A stretch of 64,000 nucleotides of DNA, from NCBI GenBank assembly GCA_963707985.1, contig CAVPRW010000024.1, positions 160,001 through 224,000 of the forward strand, read 5' to 3'. A program made the translations under genes and the position numbers. Of the stretch, positions 21,509 to 32,466 are shown in pieces. The notes below the pieces were generated by a model. It was not told the DNA's origin and searched no databases. It was given only the letters and a program-made list of their open reading frames with translations. Every line of letters starts with the position of its first letter. The first letter of the stretch is position 1. Source of the stretch: an uncultured Nitrospinota bacterium (lineage in GTDB: Bacteria; Tectomicrobia; Entotheonellia; J063; CAVPRW01).

Positions 21509-21637
21509 ACCCGGCATCGACGTTAGCAATAGACTGGCCCGTCGCATAAGGGAGCATCCACCACAAGCCAGTCAGGCGAGGGTATTGTACTGCAGGCAAT
21601 CAAGAACGTCAACTCAATGTGCCCAATCGACCGAATT

Positions 21638-21838
21638 TCATCGCTTGACCACATTAGCCGCCTGTAAGCCTTTCGGCCCTTGCACGATATCGAATTCCAC
21701 CTCCTGTCCTTCACTTAACGACCGAAAGCCCTCACCTTTAATGGCAGTGTAATGAACAAAGACATCCTCCCCATCATCGCGTTCGATAAAGCCATACCCC
21801 TTGCTGTCGCTGAACCATTTGACCCGACCGCTTGCCAT
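21638..21838 (-). CDS. cspA: Cold-shock protein
   Basis: GRVKWF, KGYGFI (RNP1), DVFVHY (RNP2), GLQAANV. Confidence 0.96.
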   Translation of the reverse strand: MASGRVKWFSDSKGYGFIERDDGEDVFVHYTAIKGEGFRSLSEGQEVEFDIVQGPKGLQAANVVKR

Positions 21839-22063
21839 CGTCCCTTCCTCCTCTTCAGCCCCAGATGCTCACACTCACCTGGGTTGTGACAATTCGACTG
21901 CGGCACGCGACAGACCTGGTAACAAAAAAACCGCTGGGGCCAAATACAGCACGCCCGAGCGGTCGCTTGGGTACCTCGCGCCTGGTTGCGCGACCACACC
22001 TCTCCAAGTTCTCCGGTCATCTATCCTCACTGACTTGCCGCAGCCTCCTGGAAGACGGGCGCC

Positions 22064-22092
22064 ACGTTAACAGACGGCCTAAACCTTGTCAA
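22064..22092 (-). promoter_or_regulatory. Putative sigma70 promoter for the csp gene, giving a ~220-nt 5' UTR
   Basis: Minus strand TTGACA-17 bp-TAACGT with a TG extension; long leaders are typical of csp mRNAs. Confidence 0.55.
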
Positions 22093-22200
22093 GCTTTTTT
22101 TGAAGTTTCCTAATGAACCCACCACCAGCTACGAGCCATTCTCGATCGGCATAGTGACGTCGCCGCTAACGAGGACCGCCTACCGGTGGCTCGTCCATCC

Positions 22201-22230
22201 TTGACATCAGCATCAACGGTAGGCTATAAG
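22201..22230 (+). promoter_or_regulatory. Putative sigma70 promoter for the VOC gene
   Basis: TTGACA-18 bp-TATAAG. Confidence 0.45.
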
Positions 22231-22353
22231 CACGACTATGTGACGCGATGCAGGCGAGGAGCGCCTGTCGCGAGCGGTGTTGCCCTCGATCTGCGGGAGT
22301 CAAGTTGCGCTTGACTGGACATCGCCGGGGCAATCATGGAGAGGAGGCAGAAA

Positions 22354-22770
22354 ATGTTTAAGATCAGCGCGATGGATCACATTGTTTTAAATGTTCCCGA
22401 TATCGAGCGGTCGATGGCGTTTTACACGCAGGTTCTCGACCTAGAACCCGAACGGTGGGAGGAGTTTCGCCAGGGGAAGGTGCCCTTCCCTTCGGTGCGA
22501 GTGAGCCCGGAAACCGTCATCGACCTGTTCCCCATGAAGCCGGGCCAGACCCTGGCGAGTGGCGAGGGACTGCTGAATCTCAACCATTTTACGATGGTTG
22601 TGGATGTCGCAGATTTTGAGACGTTCCAGAAGCATCTCACCGCGCACGGCGTACCTATCGCCGAGGGACCAGGGCGACGTTGGGGGGCACGCGGATACGG
22701 GATGTCGGTGTACTTTTCGGATCCGGACGGTAATCGCATTGAAGTACGGTGTTATCCTCCAGGGATGTGA
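22354..22770 (+). CDS. VOC/glyoxalase family protein
   Basis: DHIVLNV, FY..VL, NHF, SVYFSDPDGNRIE. Confidence 0.9.
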   Translation: MFKISAMDHIVLNVPDIERSMAFYTQVLDLEPERWEEFRQGKVPFPSVRVSPETVIDLFPMKPGQTLASGEGLLNLNHFTMVVDVADFETFQKHLTAHGVPIAEGPGRRWGARGYGMSVYFSDPDGNRIEVRCYPPGM

Positions 22771-22904
22771 TCGCTCCCTCGAGCACCATGGCTCACGCTA
22801 TCACGCCCGTCAGCGACAGCGCTGATGATGTTTCATCTGTCCAGTGCAACGCGTGGGGAAATCGGGGGATGGGGGCAAGCCATGGGCGTCATCACCCAAA
22901 CCTC

Positions 22905-23005
22905 GGCCCTCCCCTTGAACGAAAGCGGAGGGCAGGATGAGAGACCGTTTGTCGTCGCTGAGTGGGGAGCAACGCCTAACCCTCTCTCAGACGGCGGGGG
23001 AGAGC
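22905..23005. repeat. Pair of degenerate C-rich/G-rich palindromic (REP/BoxC-like) elements between convergent genes
   Basis: CCTAACCCTCTCTCAGACGGCGGGGGAGAG at 22975-23004 and a decayed inverse copy at about 22905-22942. Confidence 0.4.
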
Positions 23006-23038
23006 GTTAGAGCGTTAGGGATCAATGAGAGGACATGC

Positions 23039-23404
23039 CTACCGCCGTCGTTCGATCTCTACCGCCGCGAAGCTGAGCATGCCATTGAGCGGCACCTGTG
23101 GCTTCCGCACCCGAACCAGCACCACTGTGACGGGGAGCTCAGCCAGTAAGCGTCGTACCAGCGCTCCGGCCAGCGCTTCGATGAGCTGATATTGGTGATC
23201 CTCCACCTCCTCCCGCACAATGGCGTGGAGACGACTATAGTCCACAGTGTCCGCCAGGGCATCGGAGAGCATGGCCCGGCTGAGGTCAAGACCTAGCTCG
23301 ACATCTATCTCAAAGCGTTGCCCGAGCTCGCGCTCGGCAGGATGCACCCCATGGTGCCCCCGAAACACCATGTTATGCAGGATGATTTTATCCTCGGACG
23401 ACAT
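23039..23404 (-). CDS. folB: Dihydroneopterin aldolase
   Basis: GHHGV...ERELGQRF, DTVDYS, LIEALA, VRKP. Confidence 0.93.
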   Translation of the reverse strand: MSSEDKIILHNMVFRGHHGVHPAERELGQRFEIDVELGLDLSRAMLSDALADTVDYSRLHAIVREEVEDHQYQLIEALAGALVRRLLAELPVTVVLVRVRKPQVPLNGMLSFAAVEIERRR

Positions 23405-23468
23405 CAGTTCTCCCCGTCAGAGAGTTCAGACGTGAACGTGCAGGGCAGTGCTAAACAGGCACGTCGAT

Positions 23469-23498
23469 TTGACAGCCCACTCTTAACTACGGTATACT
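23469..23498 (+). promoter_or_regulatory. Putative sigma70 promoter for the HDAC-nth-VWA genes
   Basis: TTGACA-18 bp-TATACT. Confidence 0.55.
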
Positions 23499-23555
23499 CG
23501 CGCAGAATCACCTCGCCGGAAGTTCTTTTGCCGACGCATGATAAGGGGATTCCCT

Positions 23556-24498
23556 GTGCGCCCGATCAGCTTTATTTCCCATCCTGAATATTTGCGACAC
23601 GAGACCGGCCGACGTCACCCCGAGGAACCGGCCCGACTCACCGCCATCATGCGTCATCTCGAGGTGACTGGCATGCTGGGGCAACTCATCCAGGCCGAAC
23701 CTACCGAACCATCACTGGATTGGCTCGCGCTGGCGCACACCCCGGACTACGTTCGCACCATCGCAGACGCTTGCACACGTGGGGTCAGAGCCCTCGACCC
23801 GGACACGTATATCAGCTCCTGACTCGTATCGTGCCGCCTTGCTGGCCGTTGGAGGGGCCTTGTTGGCAGTCGACCACGTCATGACAGGCACGGCCGCCAA
23901 TGCTTTTGTGGCATTACGGCCACCAGGGCATCACGCCGAGCGGGACCGCGCTATGGGGTTCTGTCTGTTCAACAATGTCGCGATTGCCGCGCGTTACGCC
24001 CAAAAACGCTATGGTTTGAAGCGTATTTTGATCGTCGATTGGGATGTGCACCATGGCAATGGCACGCAACACGCCTTCGAGGACGATCCCAGTGTGTTGT
24101 TTTTCAGCACGCACCAATTCCCCTTCTACCCCGGCACCGGTCGAACGTCCGAACGCGGCACAGGGGCTGGGCTGGGCTATACGGTGAATATTCCCCTGGC
24201 GGCCGGGTGCGGCGATCGCGAATATCAGGAGGTCTTCGAGAAGGTTCTTTATCCGGCAGCACAGGCCTTTGAGCCCCATCTGGTCCTCGTCTCCGCAGGA
24301 TTCGATGCGCATCGCGACGACCCCTTGGCCAGCATGAATGTGACCGAAGACGGGTACGCCCGGATGACGACGATCGTGCGTGATATCGCCGAGCGCTTCT
24401 GTGAGGGTCGACTCGTTTCCTTACTCGAGGGAGGATACAATCTCGAGGCCCTGGCACGATCTGTCGAACGACATTTACAGACTTTGGGGCAGCCCTAA
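23556..24498 (+). CDS. Histone deacetylase family (acetoin utilisation/APAH-like) protein; 1-nt frameshift near 23817
   Basis: [44 protein letters not shown]. Confidence 0.9.
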
Positions 24499-24502
24499 CG
24501 GC

Positions 24503-25240
24503 ATGCATTCAACACTCCATCACGAGCCAACAGCCGACGTCGCCCGCTTGCGCACGATACTCAGGAAGCTTGAACGGGCCTATGGCTCACCGCACTGGAC
24601 CCCCCAGTCACGATCCACTTGGGGAGCTGATTGCGACGATCCTGTCGCAGAACACCAGCGATGTCAATTCCGATCGGGCCTACGCCGCTCTGCGCACCGC
24701 TTTTCCCACCTGGGATGAGGTCGCGGATGCCCAGCCCGATGATCTTGCCACGGTTATTCGCTCGAGGCGGACTCGCCAAGCTGAAAGGCCAGCGCATTCA
24801 GGAAATTCTGCGTACCCTCAAAGCACGCCAAGGTGATCTGAGTCTGGATGGACTGATGGATATGCCGATGCCGGCGGCACGGGCGTTCCTGGCAGAATTT
24901 TCCGGTGTGGGACCAAAGACGATCGCCTGCGTCCTGCTCTTCGCTTGTGGACATCCAGCCTTCCCAGTCGATACGCACATTCACCGGGTAGTGACACGGC
25001 TAGGCTTGCTCCCAGCCGGATGTACGGCGGAGCGCGCGCATGCCGTGCTCGAACCTCTCATTCCACCGAGCTCAGGTGTATGCTGCGCATGTGAATCTCA
25101 TTCGGCATGGGCGGACTGTGTGTCGGTCACGCCTCCCCGATTGCCAACATTGCTGCCTTCGCACATTGTGTCCGTATCCACAATCATCCACACAGACGGG
25201 TGCTGTTCGAGGCCATGCGCCACCCTCTGTCGTCCCGTGA
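24503..25240 (+). CDS. nth: Endonuclease III / HhH-GPD glycosylase; three apparent frameshifts (about 24605, 24765, 25070)
   Basis: LIATILSQNTSD, GVGPKT, FPVDTH, HGR.VC..R.PDC..C.L...CP Fe-S motif, split over frames. Confidence 0.8.
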
Positions 25241-25280
25241 ATGCCAGGCGTTGTAATGCCAGGAGACTTGGAGAACCAGG

Positions 25281-27380
25281 ATGAGGACGTACCGCTACTT
25301 TGAATGGGCGACAGCATCGGGTGGGCAGCTCAGCGGCGACCAACTGATGGACGCTCTCTCTGATTATCTGACCGAAGACGGCGATGTCTCACGCGCCATG
25401 CAAATGTTGATGCAGCGCGGCATGTCATCTGGCGAGCAGAAGATGCAAGGCCTGCGCGATATGCTCGAGCAACTGCGCAAGCGCAAACAGCAGCAACTCG
25501 ATAAGTACGACCTCAATTCACTCCTGAATGACATTCGAGAGCAGCTCGACCAGCTATTGCAGCAAGAACGCCAGACTATCGAAGAACAGCTGCAAGAGGC
25601 CCAGACGACTCCGGCAGATGGGGGCACACTAGCCTCTTCGCAGGAGACGGCGACGGCGGAGCAACACCGTGAGTTCCTGGATCATCTCCCAAACAGTGTA
25701 CCCCAACAGATTCAAGAGCTGCGCCACTACGATTTTCTCAATCCACAGGCGGCGCAAGCCTTCCAGGAACTGTTTGAAGAGCTTCAGCAGCGTGCCAGGC
25801 AATCACAGCTGAACGGGACCCAGGCGCCGTCTGAGAGCTCTGGCGCTGACACAGCGCAGAGCCAAAGTGACATGTATCGCGATCTCAATCAGCAGCTGCA
25901 GGACAAATTACAAGGGCGTCAGACGGATTTTCAACAGTTTAAAGACCAGCATCCGCAATTCCCCTCAGCCCAAGACGACACCCTTGAGGAGTTGATCCAG
26001 CAGCTCCAACAACAATTACAGCAATGGCGTTCCCTCCTGGAAAGTCTCTCGGAGTCGGTGCGGCGTGATTTGGAGCAGCTCATGGACACCAACCTCGATG
26101 CTGAGCTGCAGGCACAACGCACCGAGCTGCAACAATTACTCGATCAATTGGCAGAAAAGAAGCTGACGCCACAGCGCTATCGCTTCAAGGGACGCGAGGA
26201 AATCTCCATCGAGCAGGCGCAAGAGCTGATGGAGCAATTGCAACAGCTCGAAGCGCTCGAAAAACAACTGGAAGGTGTGCGCTGGGACGGTGATCCACAA
26301 CAGGTGGACACTGAGAATCTTCGTGATCTGCTGGGTGACGAGGCTTTTCAATCCGTCCAGAACATGAAGGATATTGCCAAAGAACTGGAAGCAGCCGGGT
26401 ACATCATGAAAACGAAAGACGGCCTCCAGTTGACGCCCCTCGCCATGCGGAAGATTGGCCAGAAGGCGTTGCGTGATATCTTCTCCTTCATCAAGCGGGA
26501 TCGCTTTGGGGAGCATGATACGCGCCAGCGCGGTGGCGCCGGCATCCCTACCGAGGATAGTAAGACCTACGAATTCGGCGATCCGTTCCTCCTAGATTTG
26601 AGCGCCACCGTGTTCAATGCGGTGAGTCGCGAAGGTACGGGCACACCGGTCTCCTTGCACATCGACGACTTCGTGGTGCGGCGACAAGAGTTTCTGTCGC
26701 ACACGTCGACGGTCATTCTCATCGATATGAGTGGCTCAATGGCGTGGAATAACTGCTTCTACGCCGCCAAGAAGGTCGCTTTGGCCCTCGACAACCTAGT
26801 CCGGAGCACCTTCCCACGCGATACGTTACAGATCGTCGGTTTTTACACGGCAGCGGAGGAGATGAAGCCGGCTGATCTCCCCTATGTCAAACCGAAGTCG
26901 TTTGGTTACAATGCTTCTCTCTACAGCGATTACTATGATATGCTCATGGGTTATATTGACGTGCAGCTTGATTATCGGGATGTTGTGCGTGGCCGTACCA
27001 ACGTCCCACAAGGCTTTACAAATATGCAGCAGGGGTTGCGCATGGCCGAGCAGATGCTCTCCAAACGGCAGAGCCCGAACAAACAGATTATTTTGATCAC
27101 CGACGGTCAGCCAACGGCCCACTGTGAAGGTGATCGGCTGTACTTGCAGTATCCCCCTAGCCAGCGGACGATTACAGCGACGCTGCAAGAGGTTAAACGC
27201 TGTACAGTCAAGGGTATCGCGATCAATACCTTTATGCTGGCGAAGAGCTACTATCTGGAGCGTTTCGTGGACCAGATGACCAAGATCAATCGTGGCCGTG
27301 CGTTCTATACGACCCCAGAGCAGCTCGGAGAGTACCTTGTGGTCGATTATCTCGCGAAGAAACGGCGCAGGATTGCCTGA
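25281..27380 (+). CDS. VWA-domain protein with long Gln-rich coiled-coil N-terminus
   Basis: MIDAS DMSGS, TNMQQGL, ITDGQPT; LTPLAMRKIGQKALRDIF, YEFGDPF. Confidence 0.85.
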   Translation: MRTYRYFEWATASGGQLSGDQLMDALSDYLTEDGDVSRAMQMLMQRGMSSGEQKMQGLRDMLEQLRKRKQQQLDKYDLNSLLNDIREQLDQLLQQERQTIEEQLQEAQTTPADGGTLASSQETATAEQHREFLDHLPNSVPQQIQELRHYDFLNPQAAQAFQELFEELQQRARQSQLNGTQAPSESSGADTAQSQSDMYRDLNQQLQDKLQGRQTDFQQFKDQHPQFPSAQDDTLEELIQQLQQQLQQWRSLLESLSESVRRDLEQLMDTNLDAELQAQRTELQQLLDQLAEKKLTPQRYRFKGREEISIEQAQELMEQLQQLEALEKQLEGVRWDGDPQQVDTENLRDLLGDEAFQSVQNMKDIAKELEAAGYIMKTKDGLQLTPLAMRKIGQKALRDIFSFIKRDRFGEHDTRQRGGAGIPTEDSKTYEFGDPFLLDLSATVFNAVSREGTGTPVSLHIDDFVVRRQEFLSHTSTVILIDMSGSMAWNNCFYAAKKVALALDNLVRSTFPRDTLQIVGFYTAAEEMKPADLPYVKPKSFGYNASLYSDYYDMLMGYIDVQLDYRDVVRGRTNVPQGFTNMQQGLRMAEQMLSKRQSPNKQIILITDGQPTAHCEGDRLYLQYPPSQRTITATLQEVKRCTVKGIAINTFMLAKSYYLERFVDQMTKINRGRAFYTTPEQLGEYLVVDYLAKKRRRIA

Positions 27381-27447
27381 GCGCATGAACCCAGCAGGCA
27401 AGCGCGCTCTTGATTTGGGGGCTTCGGAGTGAGGGAGGTCTATAGCG

Positions 27448-29217
27448 ATGGCTACGCCAGTCGAGCAATGGGTGAATGATACCGCCAAGATGACGCGCCC
27501 GCAGAAAGTGGTCTGGTGCGATGGATCGGAGGCTGAGTATGAGGGCCTAATCGAGGGCATGCTCGAGGATGGCACCCTGATTCGCCTCAATCAGGAGGCC
27601 TATCCTGGATGCTACTTGCATCGCAGTCATCCCAGTGACGTCGCCCGCACTGAACATCTCACCTTTATCTGTAGTTCGGAGCGTGACGACGCCGGACCGA
27701 CCAACAACTGGATGCCACCCACAGAAGCCCGCGACAAAGTCGGGAAGCTGTTCGACGGCAGCATGCAGGGCCGCACGATGTATGTCGTGCCCTACATCAT
27801 GGGACCCGTCGAATCCCCCTATAGCAAGGTGGGTGTGGAAATTACCGATAGTCCCTACGTCGCGGCCAGCATGCGCATCATGACCCGGATGGGCAAAGTC
27901 GCTCTCGACCGTCTGGGCGCTTCTGATGATTTTGTGCCCGGTCTGCACTCGGTCGGCGACCTCAGCCCCGATCGGCGGTTTATTCTACATTTTCCCGAAG
28001 AACGCCTGATCTGGAGCATTGGCTCGGGGTATGGTGGCAATGCGCTGCTCGGGAAAAAATGTTTTGCCCTCAGGATCGCCAGCATCATGGGCCGAGATCA
28101 GGGTTGGTTAGCCGAGCATATGCTGATCTTGGGCCTCGAGGATCCCAGTGGCGAAGTGACCTACATGGCTGCGGCGTTTCCGAGTGCATGCGGCAAGACC
28201 AACCTCGCGATGCTAGTGTCCCCGCTGGAACACCTGGGCTATAAGGTGTGGACGGTCGGAGAAGACATCACCTGGATGCAACAGGGGCCTGACGGCCGAT
28301 TGTGGGCGATCAATCCCGAGGCTGGCTTCTTCGGCGTCGCCCCCGGTACGAGCATGAAAACAAACCCGAATATCATGGGCGCCATTCGGCAGAATTCGAT
28401 CTTCACGAATGTGGCAGTTACTCCGCATGGCGAACCCTGGTGGGAGGGGATGGATGGTCCCGTGCCACTGCAGCTCACAGACTGGCGTGGCGCCCCCTGG
28501 ACCCCGGGTCAGGAGAAGGCCGCACATCCGAATTCACGTTTCACCACGCCGGCCCATCAGTGCCCGAGTATCTCTTCACACTGGGAAAATTCCCAAGGTG
28601 TCCCCATCTCGGCCATCATTTTCGGTGGCCGCCGTGCGCGGGTCGCGCCCCTGGTGTATCAATCCTTTAACTGGCAACATGGGGTGTTCATGGGTGCCTC
28701 GATGGCCTCTGAAACCACTGCCGCAGCGACCGGAGCCGTCGGTGTGGTGCGTCACGATCCGATGGCAATGCTGCCGTTCTGCGGGTACAATATGGCGGAC
28801 TACTTCAGCCATTGGTTGAAGGTGGGGCAAAGTACCGCGCAGCCGCCAAAGATTTTTCAAGTCAACTGGTTCCGCACCGATGCCCAGGGCAAGTTCCTCT
28901 GGCCCGGATTTGGACAAAACGTCCGGGTGCTGAAATGGATACTGGAGCGGGTACGCGGCGGTGGGAAGGCTGTTGAAACCCCGATCGGTTGGGTGCCGAC
29001 CCCAGATGGTATCGAGAGCGAGGGACTCGATCTGCCAAGCAGCACGCTCGAAGAATTACTGCACATTGACCGCCCCGATTGGGAGCAGGAAGTTGCCTCG
29101 CAACGGCAGTTCTTCTCGCAATTTGGCTCTCGCCTGCCACGCGAGATTCAGGCGGAGCACGAGGCTCTGGAGCAGCGCCTCCACCGGGTCACCGTACCGG
29201 CAGGGGGAAAAGCCTAG
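27448..29217 (+). CDS. pckG: Phosphoenolpyruvate carboxykinase (GTP)
   Basis: [55 protein letters not shown]. Confidence 0.96.
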   Translation: MATPVEQWVNDTAKMTRPQKVVWCDGSEAEYEGLIEGMLEDGTLIRLNQEAYPGCYLHRSHPSDVARTEHLTFICSSERDDAGPTNNWMPPTEARDKVGKLFDGSMQGRTMYVVPYIMGPVESPYSKVGVEITDSPYVAASMRIMTRMGKVALDRLGASDDFVPGLHSVGDLSPDRRFILHFPEERLIWSIGSGYGGNALLGKKCFALRIASIMGRDQGWLAEHMLILGLEDPSGEVTYMAAAFPSACGKTNLAMLVSPLEHLGYKVWTVGEDITWMQQGPDGRLWAINPEAGFFGVAPGTSMKTNPNIMGAIRQNSIFTNVAVTPHGEPWWEGMDGPVPLQLTDWRGAPWTPGQEKAAHPNSRFTTPAHQCPSISSHWENSQGVPISAIIFGGRRARVAPLVYQSFNWQHGVFMGASMASETTAAATGAVGVVRHDPMAMLPFCGYNMADYFSHWLKVGQSTAQPPKIFQVNWFRTDAQGKFLWPGFGQNVRVLKWILERVRGGGKAVETPIGWVPTPDGIESEGLDLPSSTLEELLHIDRPDWEQEVASQRQFFSQFGSRLPREIQAEHEALEQRLHRVTVPAGGKA

Positions 29218-29313
29218 GGTGCACGGGATTGATCACCGCCCTCCTTCACCACCTGCCTCCTTCCTCGTCAGCGGGGAGGACGCAGGTGGGTGACCTGCGG
29301 GCCGGCCTTCCTG

Positions 29314-30893
29314 TTAACGCACACGAATCAAGACGAACCTCGACGGTGGTAGTCCTTGGTAGACGACCTCCCATTCTGGTTCCAATCGTAATACTCGCAC
29401 ACCATCTCCCGGCACATACGCCAAATATTCGCCCACGCTGTGTCGACGACGCCTGATCATCTCTCGATTGGCAAGGATATAGTCGATTTCAGCCTGTTTG
29501 AGCCAGGTAACAAATTCTGCTGTCGATAGTCCAGGAGGGATGAGGGGAAACGTCACATTGTGCCGGAAGATCCAGGTCCCCGTGAACTCGTGGCTTGGCC
29601 CAAAGAGCAGCCGCTTGCCATCAAACACTGGCGTGTCCAGCAGGCGATACATCTCAGCGGTTGCCTGATCCTCGAAGTCGACGGTCAGGGGGGCCTGGAA
29701 ATCCCGCCAGCCTACTTGCACCAGCCAGACCACGCCGAGCGCCACGAGAAGTCCACCCATGGCCAGCCTGGTCAGGTATGTCCGCCCTCGGGGCTGGCCA
29801 CCACCGGCCTGTGAGTCGGACAGCATAAAAGACGAGGAAATCGGCCAACGTCAAAAAGATGACGGGGAAGATGGGAAAGAGAAAACGAATGCCACGCTGG
29901 ACGACGGCGCTCCAGGAGAAAGCGAGGTAAAAGATCAACACCAATGAACTGGCGACCGTGACCATCGGTTGCTTGGCAGGGGGAACCAGAAAGTCGGTGA
30001 ACCACCGTTTGGGTATGAAGACGAAGATGGCGAGGAAGGGCCAGACCCATTCGACCCCTCGCACGCGCACGAGCCCTCTGAGAAACCGGTGCAGAACATC
30101 GGCAAGGCTGTGCGTCATGAGATAGGAAAACATCGTCGGGAGGCCCTTTTCGAACATGATCATCTGCTCTTCTGTATAGTCCAGCCAGATGACATGAGCC
30201 GTATTATAGTTAAAGATCGGTGAACCATAGACCTGCCAGTTATAGGCCAGTAGCGGTGAAGAAACGATTACAAACGCCAGAGGAAAGAGCCAAAATCGCG
30301 GAGTGAAAACGAGCTTTGGGGCACTTCTGAACACCATCAGCCCATAGGCTAGCAGCAAGAGCAGACCGGAGCCTTTGGTCAGATAGGCCAATCCCGCAAA
30401 GCCTCCAGCGCAGGCCCAGACCCTTGGCTGCTCGAAACCTCGGACCAAGCAATAGAAGGTCAGCACAATGAGCAGCAGCAACAAGGGCTCGGCCGTAAAT
30501 TCGGCGCTTTTATTCGACAGTCCTGGGGCAATGGCGACGAGAGCCAGAAAGGTGGCGGCTGGTCCGACCAGGCGCGATCCGACCCAGGCAATCACCCAGA
30601 ATGCCACGGCTCCGATGGCAACATTGACCAGCTTGGCCTTGGCGAAGTAGATTAGATTCTTTTTCAGCAAAAGGGGCCACCAGGGCCGGCAGGAGAGGAT
30701 GGTGGTAACCATCGCTCAGGGCTTTAAAGTGACGGATCTGGAGGCCAAGGGTGAGGTCGAGATCTTGATCCCCTCGGTTAAGATTATTCCAGGCCTTGGA
30801 GTGGTCATACGTGATGGTAAGGAAAATGAGAAAAAGCAGACTATAGGCGACCCATGTTGGCCAAGAAGGTCTATGCACCAGCAGCGAGTGCAT
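29314..30893 (-). CDS. GT-C fold glycosyltransferase family 39 (ArnT/PMT-like) membrane protein; two apparent frameshifts (about 30660 and 29785)
   Basis: GD...HPLLPAL, AEPLL, GLAYLTKGSG, PLLAYNWQVYGSP, RFLFP; three overlapping ORFs. Confidence 0.7.
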
Positions 30894-31077
30894 CTATTGG
30901 TTCTCCCGTGTGAGCCATGATGGCAGGCTATGGCGGCGACCCCCGCAGCAGAAAAAAGCCTCGGCATTGTAACGTTTCAACCTGCTGCGTGTCCAATCCC
31001 ACAGGGAAGAGGTCAAATGGGTTGCGAGAGGAGGCAGACGGGACGGCTCGAGAGCTGAAGCGGGAGGGCGACACCTG

Positions 31078-32298
31078 ATGGATTTTTTTAGTTATTTTCG
31101 ATTACATAGTATCATCGATATCCTCTTGGTGTCCTTTCTCCTTTACCAACTGTATCTCTGGGTACGGGAAAGTCGTGCACTGCGAGCCTTAGCAGGTCTT
31201 GCGGTCATTGGTCTCCTGTCTTTGCTAGCCCGGTGGACGGGGATGGTGATGACGGGGTGGCTGTTTCAATCACTGTGGTCGATCATTCTTTTGGTTATCG
31301 TCATCGTGTTTCAGCCGGAAATCCGGCGTATCCTTGAACGCATGAATCCCCTCGACCTGCTGCGTGGCCAGCCGATCACGCTACAACGCGAGACGCTGGT
31401 TGAGCTGACGGAAACAGTCTTCGACATGGCGCGCGAGAAGATCGGAGCGCTGATCGTGCTGCCCGGCCATGAGGCCATCGACGAATATCTCCGTGAGGGG
31501 GTCCACCTCGAAGCAATCGTCAGCCGCGAACTGATTCGGACAATCTTTCAGCCGCCATCACCCACCCACGATGGCGCGGCGGTGATTCGAGCCAATCGGG
31601 TCGAACGCGCTGCCTGTTTCTTACCGATGACCACAGCGAGTGGGCTCCCCTCTGAGTACGGAGCGCGCCACCGAGCCGCCATTGGGCTCACCGAACGTTG
31701 CGACGCCTTGTGCCTCTTGGTGTCAGAGGAGCGTGGGACCGTTTCCCTGGCCCGCAAGGGTACCCTGATCCCATTCTTTGAACCGGCGCGTTTGCAGCAA
31801 GAGCTGGAACAGGAACTGGAGGACACACTCTCGGGTGATGCGGGGAAGCGCCCCTGGCGGGCACTCCTCACCAATAATCTCTGGGCGAAGGGGATGGCGG
31901 TCGGGTTGGCAGGGTTGCTATGGGTGGCGCTGGCTGGTCAGCCGGGCTCTGAGATTGCCATGACCATTCCCGTCGAGTACCAACAGATCGCGCCTGCCAT
32001 CGAGCTGCGTGGCGAAGTGCCTCGTGAGGTGAACGTGCGTTTACGTGGCTCTCAACTGGCCCTGGAAGCCATGCGGTCGCGTCCGGTGCGCGCTCGTGTG
32101 AGCTTGGCGCAGGTGCGAGAGGGGATCAACTACTTTCTGCTCACGAAAAATCAGATCGATTTGCCCGCAGGCATCGAGATTACGGAGATTCGGCCAGCTC
32201 TCCTACTCATCGAAGTCCAGAAGAAGGAGACCGCTGCCCCCCAACGGAGCAGTGACGGAAACAGCACGTTGCCAACGCTGCCCTACGGTCGACAGTGA
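31078..32298 (+). CDS. cdaA: Diadenylate cyclase CdaA fused to a YbbR (CdaR-like) domain
   Basis: Three TM helices, FQPEIRR, HDGA, GARHRAA, SEERG; then TM plus YbbR (VPREVNVRLRG, ARVSL, IEITEIRP). Confidence 0.9.
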   Translation: MDFFSYFRLHSIIDILLVSFLLYQLYLWVRESRALRALAGLAVIGLLSLLARWTGMVMTGWLFQSLWSIILLVIVIVFQPEIRRILERMNPLDLLRGQPITLQRETLVELTETVFDMAREKIGALIVLPGHEAIDEYLREGVHLEAIVSRELIRTIFQPPSPTHDGAAVIRANRVERAACFLPMTTASGLPSEYGARHRAAIGLTERCDALCLLVSEERGTVSLARKGTLIPFFEPARLQQELEQELEDTLSGDAGKRPWRALLTNNLWAKGMAVGLAGLLWVALAGQPGSEIAMTIPVEYQQIAPAIELRGEVPREVNVRLRGSQLALEAMRSRPVRARVSLAQVREGINYFLLTKNQIDLPAGIEITEIRPALLLIEVQKKETAAPQRSSDGNSTLPTLPYGRQ

Positions 32299-32466
32299 AG
32301 GGGTCCCTACTTGACACGGACATAAAAAACCGCGACCAGTGAGCGACACAACGCCCATGGGGCAAAAAGGCGGTTGCAGTCGATTTGCTTGCCATGCTAT
32401 ATAGAAAGTACATTTACTTGATATCTGTGTTTTTCGGTTTGAGCTGTTCAGGCGGCATCAACCCCC

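Noticed and set aside
20975..21547. 190-aa ORF as an intact amidohydrolase
   Set aside because: Only about 45 residues resemble the family; the rest looks like read-through of non-coding DNA.
25440..26280. CAG/CAA-rich stretch as a tandem repeat or array
   Set aside because: It is explained by Gln/Leu/Glu coiled-coil coding in the VWA protein and has no fixed period.
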